DNA of 64,000 bases from Macrostomum lignano. Lineage: Eukaryota. Every line of letters starts with the position of its first letter. Position 1 is the first letter of the stretch. The notes under the pieces are model-generated. The model ran no database searches. It was not told the DNA's origin and saw nothing but the letters and a program-made list of their open reading frames with translations. Shown here in pieces: positions 37,411 to 48,697 of this stretch. Location: assembly GCA_002269645.1 (NCBI GenBank), contig NIVC01000881.1:62001-126000 (forward strand), given 5' to 3'. The translations under genes and the position numbers were made by a program.

Positions 37411-37814
37411 GAATTTATGCGTAATCAGTTTCAAGAAGCAGCACAACCAATAGAAATCCTGCAATTAGTCAGGCTCTGCAAAAACTACACATTAATATTT
37501 TTCCAAACTTAACCTACATCTCATGCATACAGTACTCGTACGTGCTCCAAGATACGAAAATGTATGTAACAAATTATGTATAGTTTAATAACTTTCCTAG
37601 CAGCTAGTGAACTGTTTTCCAAGCCATCTACTGCAGAGTGTTGGTGCATGCACAGGGTGCAGTGTTTGTCATTATAATTGTTGCAATTAAAAAGGTGTGA
37701 TTTCTATTACAAATAAATGAAAATAAACTTGCGTGCTAGATTAGAACAAGTCAACGACCTTCAAAAGTTACTTTAAAGACTTACTCAAATGAGGACAGTC
37801 CTGTGAGTAGGGAG

Positions 37815-38198
37815 TGACGAGTGAGGAGAGTGAGGAGTGAGGAGTGAGGAGAGTGAGGAGTGAGGAGTGAGGAGAGTGAGGAATGAGGAGAGTGAGGAGT
37901 GAGGAGAGTGAGGAGTGAGGAGAGTGAGGAGTGAGGAGAGTGAGGAGTGAGGAGAGTGAGGAGTGAGGAGAGTGAGGAGTGAGGAGAGTGAGGAGTGAGG
38001 AGTGAAGAGAGTGAGGAGTGAGGAGAGTGAGGAGAGTGAGGAGAGTGAGGAGTGAGGAGAGTGAGGAGTGAGGAGTGAGGAGAGTGAGGAGTGAGGAGAG
38101 TGAGGAGTGAGGAGAGTGAGGAGTGAGGAGAGTGAGGAGTGAGGAGAGTGAGGAGTGAGGAGAGTGAGGAGTGAGGAGAGTGAGGAGTGAGGAGAGTG
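37815..38198. repeat. Purine-rich GAGGAGAGT/GAGGAGT array
   Basis: Read directly. Confidence 0.93.
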
Positions 38199-38544
38199 AT
38201 TCTTCCCCTTCCAATAAGTCTTATTGGCTGCCACAATATCATATGCGACCAGCCCTGCACAAGTCAACCGTTACATGCAAGCGCACGTTCGTATACTGTA
38301 TTTGTTGACGTTCAAGGCTTTTTGATTCCTGATTTCTGGCTAAGCACTTGATCAAGCTATTGGCATAACTGCCTCTACACATTTTTAGCTTAAATTTGCA
38401 CTAATACGAGCGAATTTTAATCTAGGTAAGTTCATTTGTGTCAGAAAAAATTGACTTTGAATGCTACTTTGGAGTGCTTTCAAGCAAAAAAGTACATCAA
38501 GAAACTTGCTGGCTCACAGTCCCTCGCATTTTCCATTGCATAAG

Positions 38545-39681
38545 TCCCGGACATCTTAGTTGTGCTCACAGGACTGTCCTCACTGAGTAAGTCCTGGACA
38601 TCTTAGTTTTGCTCACAGGACTGTCCTCACTGAGTAAGTCCTGGACATCTTAGTTGTGCTCACAGGACTGTCCTCACTGAGTAAGTCCTGGACATCTCAG
38701 CTACTCACAGGACTGTCCTCACTGAGTAAGTCCTGGACATCTTAGTTGTGCTCACAGGACTTTCCTCACTGAGTAAGTCCTGGACATCTCAGCTACTCAC
38801 AGGACTGTCCTCACTGAGTAAGTCCTGGACATCTCAGCTACTCACAGGACTGTCCTCACTGAGTAAGTCCTGGACATCTTAGTTGTGCTCACAGGACTGT
38901 CCTCACTGAGTAAGTCCTGGACATCTTAGTTGTGCTCACAGGACTGTCCTCACTGAGTAAGTCCTGGACATCTTAGTTGTGCTCACAGGACTGTCCTCAC
39001 TGAGTAAGTCCTGGACATCTTAGTTTTGCTCACAGGACTGTCCTCACTGAGTAAGTCCTGGACATCTTAGTTGTGCTCACAGGACTGTCCTCACTGAGTA
39101 AGTCCTGGACATCTTAGTTTTGCTCACAGGACTGTCCTCACTGATTAAGTCCTGGACATCTCAGTTTTGCTCACAGGACTGTCCTCACTGATTAAGTCCT
39201 GGACATCTCAGTTTTGCTCACAGGACTGTCCTCACTGAGTAAGTCCTGGACATCTTAGTTGTGCTCACAGGACTGTCCTCACTGATTAAGTCCTGGACAT
39301 CTTAGTTTTGCTCACAGGACTGTCCTCACTGAGTAAGTCCTGGACATCTTAGTTGTGCTCACAGGACTGTCCTCACTGAGTAAGTCCTGGACACCTCAGC
39401 TATTCACAGGACTGTCCCCACTGAGTAAGTCCTGGACACCTCAGCTACTCACAGGACTGTCCCCACTGAGTAAGTCCTGGACACCTCAGCTACTCACAGG
39501 ACTGTCCTCACTGAGTAAGTCCTGGACACCTCAGCTACTCACAGGACTGTCCTCACTGAGTAAGTCCTGGACACCTCAGCTACTCACAGGACTGTCCTCA
39601 CTGAGTAAGTCCTGGACACCTCAGCTACTCACAGGACTGTCCTCACTGAGTAAGTCCTGGACACCTCAGCTACTCACAGGA
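38545..39681. repeat. 45/47-bp satellite TCCTGGACATCTTAGTTGTGCTCACAGGACTGTCCTCACTGAGTAAG, about 24 copies
   Basis: Two length variants; the last about 7 copies are all the 45-bp CACCTCAGCTACT type. Confidence 0.96.
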
Positions 39682-40237
39682 TTTTCTCGGTAAAAATAAA
39701 GGTGACAGCATGCAGTTCTTCTACTTTTGATTCTAGGTTAGAATTTCAAGCCCCTCACTGCAGGGGGCTTACGTTTGACACGGGCATGGATCAAAATCAA
39801 GATTACAGAGTCTCCAACTCTGCAAGCATTTCTACCGTCTCAAGTTCCCGCCACAGACTTACCGACAGACACGCGAATTTGTCACAAATAAAAATTCAGG
39901 CTAAATCCAATGCAGACTTTTCGGTAGTACGAGTTCTGGTCTCTAAAGATTCAGTGCAGGACTCTTGGAATTACTTTTTTTAATTCCGAGCTGGGACAGC
40001 GGACGGCTTAGAGAATTGTTTTATCACTTGGGGTAAATAAAAAAGTCGGCTCTAATTACAGTACTTAGCCGATGAAATAGAATTTTTTATTTGTTTCATT
40101 TCACATATCGGCTTTAAAAATAAAGCCTTTTTTCGAAAATGCTTCAAGTTCAGAATTGTAATTTTCGCTTTCTTTATATATATGAATTTCCTGAAGTCCA
40201 TTATTTGCGGAAAAATTTACGCAAAGAAAAAAAAAAT

Positions 40238-40310
40238 TGCCGCGACCCGGGATCGAACCAGGGACCTTTAGATCTTCAGTCTAACGCTCTCCCTACTGAG
40301 CTATCGCGGC
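40238..40310 (-). tRNA. trnF-GAA: tRNA-Phe (GAA), identical to the copy at 36113-36185
   Basis: Same 73-nt sequence; T10 terminator downstream. Confidence 0.97.
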
Positions 40311-40516
40311 TTGACTAAATATCGCTCAGACAAACCTGGTAGCTGCTATCCGCTCTCTTCTCACCCCCGATTCGCTTCCCGCCTTTACGCTCGTAAAGAC
40401 GGGTATTTGAATACGTACTGCAAATAAGAATACCGAGATTAGCGAACCGTTGCTCCCCAAGGAAAAGCGGAAAATTTCCTGACTTTACTTTGCAGTAAAC
40501 CGACAGCCAGCTAGCA

Positions 40517-43005
40517 ATGTCCCCTGCTGCTTTTTCCCTCGGCGGCAGTTTGAGCTACTATGCCACCCTACTGCTGAGCATCGTCACGCGCAAGAAGACA
40601 GTCGACGAGGCGCATCTCGCCGACACGAAGCTGTCCCGCTGTCTGGGGACGCTTGACCTTGTCGCTCTGGGCGTTGGTTCGACCCTCGGCGCTGGGGTCT
40701 ACGTCATTGCGGGCGAGGTAGCCCAAAAGACTACCGGACCAGCCGTCATCGTGTCCTTCTTCATCGCTGCAGCGGCCTCGGTGCTCGCCGGCCTGTGCTA
40801 TGCCGAGTTCGGCGCCAGGGTGCCGAAGTCCGGCTCCGCCTACGTCTACAGCTACGTTACTGTCGGCGAGCTGATGGCCTTCGTAATCGGCTGGAATCTG
40901 ATTCTCGAGTACGCCATCGGCACAGCCAGCGTGGCCAGGGCCTGGTCGCAGAACTTCGACAGCCTGCTCGGCGGCCGGGTGATAAACATCTTCCGTCAGT
41001 ACCTGACAATGTCCGTGCCAGGCATCGCCAAGTATCCGGACTTCTTTGCATTCGGCATTGTCCTCCTGCTGACTCTGGTGATCGCGTTTGGCGTCAAAGA
41101 GTCCGCCTGGGTGACAAAAGCGTTCACCCTGGTCAATCTGATGGTCCTGGCCACGGTGGTGATCGCTGGCAGCTGGCTGGCTGACGGAGCCAACTGGCGC
41201 ATCAGGCCCGGCCCGAACGGCACTGTCGAATTCGGCAACGCCACCTACGCGGCCTCGCGCATCGGCGCCGGTGGCTTCATGCCGTTTGGTCTGCGCAGCA
41301 TCGTCTCGGGAGCCGGCACCTGCTTCTACGCCTTCGTGGGCTTTGACGCCATCGCTACGACGGGCGAGGAGGCCAAGAACCCACAGAAGGCCATCCCGGT
41401 GAGCATAATAGTCAGCCTGGCGATCTGCTTTGCTGCCTATTTTTCTTTGAGCACCGTGCTCACTCTCATCCAGCCCTACTTCGCTCTGGATCCGCTGGCG
41501 CCTCTGCCGGCCGCGTTCGCTGCGCAGGGCTGGCGAGTTGCCAACTATATCATCGCCGTGGGCGCCGTCTGTGCCCTGTCCACCAGCCTGCTGGGCGCCA
41601 TGTTCCCTCTGCCGAGGATCGTCTACGCCATGGCCTCCGACGGGCTGCTGTTTCGCTTCCTGGCGAGCGTCAACCGGCGCCTGTCCACTCCGCTGGTGGC
41701 CACGCTGATCACGGGCCTCCTGTCCGCTGTCATGGCGTGCCTGTTCGAGCTGAAAGAGCTGGTGGATATGATGTCCATTGGCACTCTGCTGGCCTACACC
41801 CTGGTGGCCATTTCCGTGCTCATTCTGCGCGGCAATCGGGACGATCTTCGGCACCCGGATGCTGAGGAGCCGCCGGGCTCAGTTGACATCCGGGTTGTGA
41901 CGCATCGTCAGCAGCAGCGGCTACCAGCTGACAGGTAGAAAAAGGGGGCAGAGTTGCGTCCGGCTTCAAAGTATCCGGGTTCTATACCGTACGCGGCCGC
42001 TCAAGCGCTAAACTTACCCCAGTGCTTTCTTGTGTCCTCGTTCCAAAAGGACGACTTGTTGTTGTCAAGCAGTCTCCAAAATAGTTCTTGTCTCTCGCAT
42101 CGTCCTGACATGCCTGATTGGTAAGATTTGTCTGGGTTGCTGCACATCCTGTGTGAGCGTGTATACCTGCGCGTACGCATCTATGGAAATGAATCCGCTA
42201 TCCCAGCCAAGCTTAACGTTAAGTCTTCGAACTGGGAATACTAATTGTATCTATCGCCCGATTAAATCGCGACAGCTTATACAACTGATTACGATAGCTA
42301 AAAACCAACTGTGTAAAGTCAATCGTTACTCGACCATTGCCATGCAGGCTAAAACCTGAGAAGCAAGAGCGGCAGCAAGAGCGAGGTTCAAGCGATAGCG
42401 ACTCAGCCGATGCCGTGCTGGTCTGCGATCCCCACAGCGGCGGCCTGGCCGACCTGTCCACGCACTTTCGTCAGCACCGTCGCATGACGTGGCGCGAGTA
42501 CCTGCGCCTGTCCTTCCGGCCGGAGTCGACCGCTCCGACTCGCTTCTCCGAAAGTGTCAACCGGCGCAACACTTTTCTGTTCCTGGCCGCCGCCACTCTG
42601 CTGGCCTTTCTAACTGAGAACTACCCGGATCGGATGCACCAGCCGGGCGTGCTGCTGCCAACGCTGGCCGCCTTCGCCGCCTGCTTCGGTCTCCTGTTCA
42701 GCCTCTACCGACAGCCAGAGAACGCTAAGCCTGTCGCATTCCGGGTGCCGGCGGTGCCTTTCGTGCCCTGCCTATCCGTTTTCATCAACGTCTACCTGAT
42801 GATGGCCCTGCCAAGCGGCACGTGGGTTCGGTTCCTGGTGTGGATGACAATCGGCATGGCCATCTACTGTCTGTATGGCGCCCGCAGCAGCACGGAGCAC
42901 GCCAGACAAACCATTAGAAAGATGCGCGGCATTAGGCTGGCCATCGAGCTGGATGCAGATGGCGGCAAAGAAGTGTCGCAGATGATGGACAAGGAGCAGG
43001 ATTAA
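40517..43005 (+). CDS. SLC7A: Cationic amino acid transporter (SLC7A1-3/CAT family), 691 aa; exons 40517-41934 and 42348-43005
   Basis: [79 protein letters not shown]-terminal [10 protein letters not shown]...TWVRFLVWM; intron AG|GTAGAA...TGCAG|G restores the frame (2076 nt). Confidence 0.95.
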
Positions 43006-46000
43006 CTATAATACAATTTTAACTGAGTTTTATTCCATTCTTTTGATCACTGATACAATTTTTTAGTAGGTAAATAGACAAAGCGGGTTAACACGGGTCC
43101 ATCCTATAGTCATATGACTGACTGTTGTACTCCGTAGTCCTCACTTGCAGCTACGCTACCTTCTTCAACACCACAGATACTATATTATATAGTATCTGTG
43201 TTCAACACTGAAGTTTTGACTGAAGTGGGCTTAAAATTGGTTGGTTAAAGTTGGCCATTGCTGCAGCCAACAGTCATATACAGTGTAAGTGTCCGACCCC
43301 TTTGAGCCTAATTGACACAGACTACATGCACCCCTCCTATTGAACAGCATAGTGACCCACAATCAATAATCCAGTTTTGGGTTGAAAATGCGCGTATCAC
43401 GTGATAACGTACTATTATATGCTTCTCTAGAATTTAAACGTCCAGAGAAAATTACCATTTAACATTTACATCCTCGTTCGTGCCGTGCATTACACTTAGC
43501 TAATGATCTCAGTGCAACCATTGTGTGGACTTCAAAAGCGCAAAATCAGAAAAATCCTGATAACTACACTCGAATAATTTATTTGATTCTGTTGCGAAGG
43601 TTTTCTGCTTACCTTTTTTTTGTCAAACGCTGATTCACAAGCCAGTATGAAATATATTATTACACCGACTTATTTCTTGAAAATGATGAAATGCTGTTTA
43701 CTTTGGAATCTTGATAGAAATTTTTGAAGCAAAATAAATTGCCTCTTTGAAAAAATTTCTTGAAATTGCTTCTCTGTCTGGCAGCAAAAGCTTCAGAGTG
43801 AGTGGATTATCTTTGAATTGAAAACTGACGGAAAAAAGCTTTATCACCAAGTCGTCCTTTTTCCATATGGCTCTATTTTTCCGTGATTTCTAAACTCGCA
43901 TAGTTTGAAACGCAGAGGCCTGTGTGAATTTATTCAACACAGAACACACAGTTCATGATTTTTTGCGCATGTTCCGAGGAAATTTTAATGCATTATATAA
44001 TTAACCGCTAGCATAATATGTTTATGGCGATATCATTTCATAATTTTTCTTGAGGAATTTGACAGCTAATTCTGTTAAAATTTTAGAACAATTTAAATCT
44101 CACATTCGTTTCTGTAAAATGTTCTAAAAAACTTAATATGTTTCACAGGCGATCCTTTTCTTTTAAGTTAAAGCAAATATACGAGTCGTAATCTATGGGT
44201 CTTTCTTACAAGTGATGGGTTTCGGCCTTTTCAGCATTTTAAAGCTTCATGGTCTCAGGTCTCAGAAATAAATCAATTAGAGTCCTGGCCCCCCACTCCT
44301 GTCAGATGGTCAGCCCCATGGTAGCTTGATCCGTGGGCGAGCAGCCTAGGTCCTATAGCTAAGAGAGGGACAGTGAGAGACGAGCAGGGAGAATTTTGAA
44401 GGTAGAGATCAGCTAATCCGCAGATTAACTAACCCGCCGCCACCAGCCCGTGCGCACCGGCTCACCAAACCAGGACTTTCGAAACCGGGCTTCCGACTAG
44501 AAGGGGCTTAGCACTTGCCTGCCAAATAGTGTCTTTTTGCTGTCAATCTCGAAGTCATCGCCGATGATAAGGGACACTGCTGGGACTTGATCGCATTGGC
44601 CATGCAGGGACAGAGGGGACTTGTGCAGGGGATTCTTGCAGTGGCGAGACTATGGGGTAAGCTACATGTACTATTACATTGCTAAATAAGATGATTGTGT
44701 ACTCTTCTAGACTTCAACGCGCCAACCAGCCTCTCGTAGCGCTGATGATAGACTAACTCGAACTTTAGAGATCGCATGGTTCACTAACCGAGCCGCTTGG
44801 CGAATCCAGAGTGTATAGTAAGTACCTCTCTAGCGCCGATTCTGCACTACAAAAAATAAAACCGATAGAAATAACTGCCAGTTAACCTGCTCACTAAAAA
44901 AAACTCATATTGAATTGGAGTAATCAGACTACTAACAGTATTATTGAACGATTTCTGCCTCAATAACAGCACTGCTAAGCAAAATGAGCAAAAGTGTGCA
45001 CCTAATCCAGCTTACTGAAATGGGGGACAGAGATACGGGATCACCCGATCAAGCAAGTCTAGCTAGGTAGCCTCTCACCAAACCAATCAGAATCCGAGCA
45101 GCCGCGGAGACCGGGCAATCCGCTGATTGGTGGAGCCAATTTTGTTAGAATTGAAGTCGATATTTCTGATTGGCATGGAGACTGCAGACCTGCAGACTCG
45201 ACGCGTGATCAAAAGATCCTATCATGCAGTTCCCTCGAGGATATAAAAATACGCCACGTGTTCGCATAAATCACTCAAAAATTGGCTACACTTGATCATT
45301 TATATAGGTTTTCGCGTAGAAATCACTTAAGCCAATAATAAATATGCACGAAAGGTTGTATTAAATAGAAAGTGAAGATGATGAAGAGAAATGGATAATC
45401 GCTAATCCCAAAGTACTATTAGGGGTAAAATGCATAGCTGTCAGAGCTGTCAAACTTCTGAGAAAACGAGAACAATTATACTGTAGGCCTATGACCTGAT
45501 AGCTGGTTGTTAAAAATGATGAGAAAAAAGCTAACCGCCCGCATCCCTTCAGACCATCTGGTGTCATGCAGCTTCAACGCTGAGTGTCGAGGCGCGCAGG
45601 TAACTGTGAGACACGCCTGTAAGCAATTATTTTATGACCCCTAAAGTTACAAAAACCGCGCCTATGCCATAATCATAAGATCATATAACCATGACTGTAT
45701 AAAGCACTGGATGTGAAATTCTTTAATTTTCATAATTAATCCCTAAATTTCATTATATTTACAAGGCCTAAAAACGTTTTTTTGAATTTTTTTTACTTTC
45801 GATAAAATGGAGTTAACCGAAATTTCGTATCCACTATAATCCGTCCATGCAGCAAATTTCACAAACCCCTATAATTTCACAACATGCAACCTATATAACT
45901 TTATCTCGTAGCAACTACATGTGGTCGTAGTTGTGCTCGGTTAGGTTATTATGGACCATACAACACAAGCAGATAAAGCGAGCAAAAGTACTGCTTAAAT

Positions 46001-47231
46001 ATACTAATTCAAAAATAATTGTGCTAGAAAATTCCTAAATACAAAAAATTGTGATTGTAAAATTATTGATCTGCAAAATTACTGGGTTGTGAAAATAGAG
46101 GATTGTGAAAGTTTGCGACAAATTGGGGCGATAAAATTTAGCGATTGTATTATCTAGAGGTTGTGAAATTTACGGATTGTGCAATTTTGTGTTGTGTAGC
46201 ACCCCTGAACGATTCCATTTGTTAAATTCCAAAACAAAAATGGACGGCATTTTTTTGTTTCACGATTGTTAGTCTTAACAAGTAACTATGATTGATTTAA
46301 TGATTTAAACTTTAAGCGATTAAACGTTGCTTTCAGTATCCTTTTTAATTTTAAATAAAATTTTAAAAACTTAAAAAATTGCCAAATTATAAACAGATGA
46401 CACGCTAATTTCAAAATGTAATTAACTCTAGGATTAGAGCGCGATCTCTAAAAACAGAGTTAATTTTTTCCTTTTTTCGAGCTTTAAATGAAGTCCATAG
46501 TCAAACTCTAACTCCAACTGAACAGTAGCATATATGCCAAACTATATGCTTAACTTTTATATAAGTTAAGTCACTAGTTTTTGCACGTATTGCACAAATG
46601 GTAATATCTGTTCTGTTCCTAAAACAGCTATGCCTATGCTATAGCCTGTATTGCTGTATACAGTTTCAATAAAACCTATTTTAAAAGTAAAAAAGTAGGC
46701 CTATTTATCTAAGATTATTGTCATATTAATTTTAGGTTAAATAGGCATATTGAAAGCAGGAATTAATGTAATGCAAATTAACATAAAGTTCAATGTTTGA
46801 TTTTGAGTTTTTTAATGTTTTTAATGTTGAATCTAACTAAAGACAAGGTGCATAAGTAAATTAAAAATAAAAGTGATAAATCTTTTTTTGTTAAACCTAG
46901 TCATAAGCCAAGTTTAGTCAGATTATTAAAGCACTTGCTATATTTATCATTTTGAAACTGACTAGGCCCTAAATAAGGCATAGGCCTAGCCTAAACTTAA
47001 ATTGTCTTAACTTAAGTCTAATAAGTTCTAGATATTCCAGTGTCAGCATCATGTACAGGCATATGCCAGAATGAAATTTGCTTCCTGTATTTTACACCTG
47101 TAAAACTTTCCCATTGTCCATTGAAACAAGGTTTAATAGGCCTATTCCAAGGTTAATTTTTAATGGTGGTTAATTAATGTAAACTCAATATTTTGTAAGC
47201 TAAGCTGTGGTAAATTAATTAACCAAAAGTT

Positions 47232-48606
47232 GGCAATCCTGAAGATTCCCACATTTAATTATTTTACGGAATTAAAGCAATCCAATAAAAAAAGTCTGTC
47301 AGTGTTACACTACTGGCACGGGTAATAGTGTCCAATCTAGTATAGGATATTACCAAACTAATGGTCTGGGAAGGCCCGGTGCCACATGAACTCTTGCAGG
47401 TATGTGCTGAAAAGGGCATCCAAAGTCCCATGCATGGCCCGGAATCATACATGCGCAACCCCTCTGATTTACACTGGCCATGCGACTTACTTATTGACCA
47501 AAAATGCGACTTACCTGCGAAAGAAACCCTAAAACAAAATTATTGCAGTTTTGGGTAAACGGCAGGAGTAACTATGACTGTCTTATCAGGCCTAAATGCC
47601 TCAGCATCTAATTAGTACTACGTCCGTATTCCTTAAGGTGGCATTTTTGCGACTTACCCCTGGTCTACCACAATTTACGGTGGCCAGATCAGCCAGGTCG
47701 GCCAGCAGTTGCACATGTATGCCCGGAATTTGGCCTTGCAGTGGGCCCACATGCCCTCAACCGTATTTGTGTAAGTGTCTAGGTTATTTGGGTCACGGAA
47801 ATGCAGTGAATGGTTCACTGTCAGGTGATTCGCCAGTTCATTGTAGGCTGCCCACTGATCAGTGATGATTTGTGTCCCCGGAAGCACATGCTGGTTGATC
47901 ACTGGCAGCAGGGTATTGGCTGAACAGTCTGGCACAGGAATGAGAAGGCATCGAAGAGTGCCTCTCTCCACCATGCCCAGCACCCAGTGGCCTTCACGGT
48001 ACTGCCCCTGGTGGTATTTGCGATGCATGAATTTGGACTCATCAATCTCAACGTCCACTCCAGGCCCACCAAGCTGTGTCGGGTGGTTGATAAGGTACTG
48101 GGCACAGATGTCTTGGATGTAGTTGAACCAATCAATCACAGAGTGTTCGCTGGCTTGTGTCTCTTCAACCACAGTGGATAGGCGGCTGTTCGTTGACCAG
48201 AAGTAGATCATGTCAATCAACTGAACAAGTGACAGGTGACTGCCTTGGAAGAAGGAGCCACACCAAATCAACCGATGTTGGCGGCAAGTCTTGCAGCTCC
48301 AGCAGACACCATCCACATAGTCTCGACCAGCCCGCCTTTGGAATGACAGGCATATTGGAGCAGTGCTCACAGTCCATGCTGTTTCGCAGTAGCCCATACT
48401 TGGCCAGCCACTGGATGCCTGTCTCATCAGTTAGAGCCATCAATTCACAATGGTTGATGCTAAGTTCAGCTAGTTCAATAGTCGGTCTAACTTCTTGAGG
48501 ATCCACGATTGTCTGGGGTGCTGGAGGTTGCCCTGCCATAATTCCATGGCTGAAATGTGCATAAAAATGTATAAAATAATTAAACGCGGGAATCTTCAGG
48601 ATTGCC
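47232..48606 (-). mobile_element. Merlin (IS1016/IS1595-related) DNA transposon, 1375 bp, full-length ends, transposase disrupted
   Basis: 35-bp TIRs GGCAATCCTGAAGATTCCC...(2 mismatches); perfect 8-bp TSD CAAAAGTT (47224-47231 and 48607-48614); transposase from ATG 48539 with a frameshift near 48345; Zn-ribbon Cys residues, VEIDESKF, ITDQWAAY, TVNHS, TNTVEGMW (DDE intact); C-terminus appears partly deleted. Confidence 0.95.
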
Positions 48607-48697
48607 CAAAAGTTATTTATACTTTTGGTTTATTTACTTTTAAGATTAGCCCTCATTTTCAATGGGTTTTCCTACTCCCACTTATGTCAGCATGGCA

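Noticed and set aside
40391-40402. CGTAAAGACGG resembling the start of a recalled flatworm spliced-leader sequence
   Set aside because: Only about 11 nt match, which is expected by chance in 64 kb; there is no donor or Sm site, and the reference is from memory.
40568-41854. 428-aa minus-strand ORF opposite the CAT gene
   Set aside because: Antisense shadow of a GC3-rich coding sequence with no recognisable domain.
45820-46206. Possible MITE with inverted TTTCACAA/TTGTGAAA motifs ending in GCACCCCTG
   Set aside because: No matching left TIR or TSD could be found.
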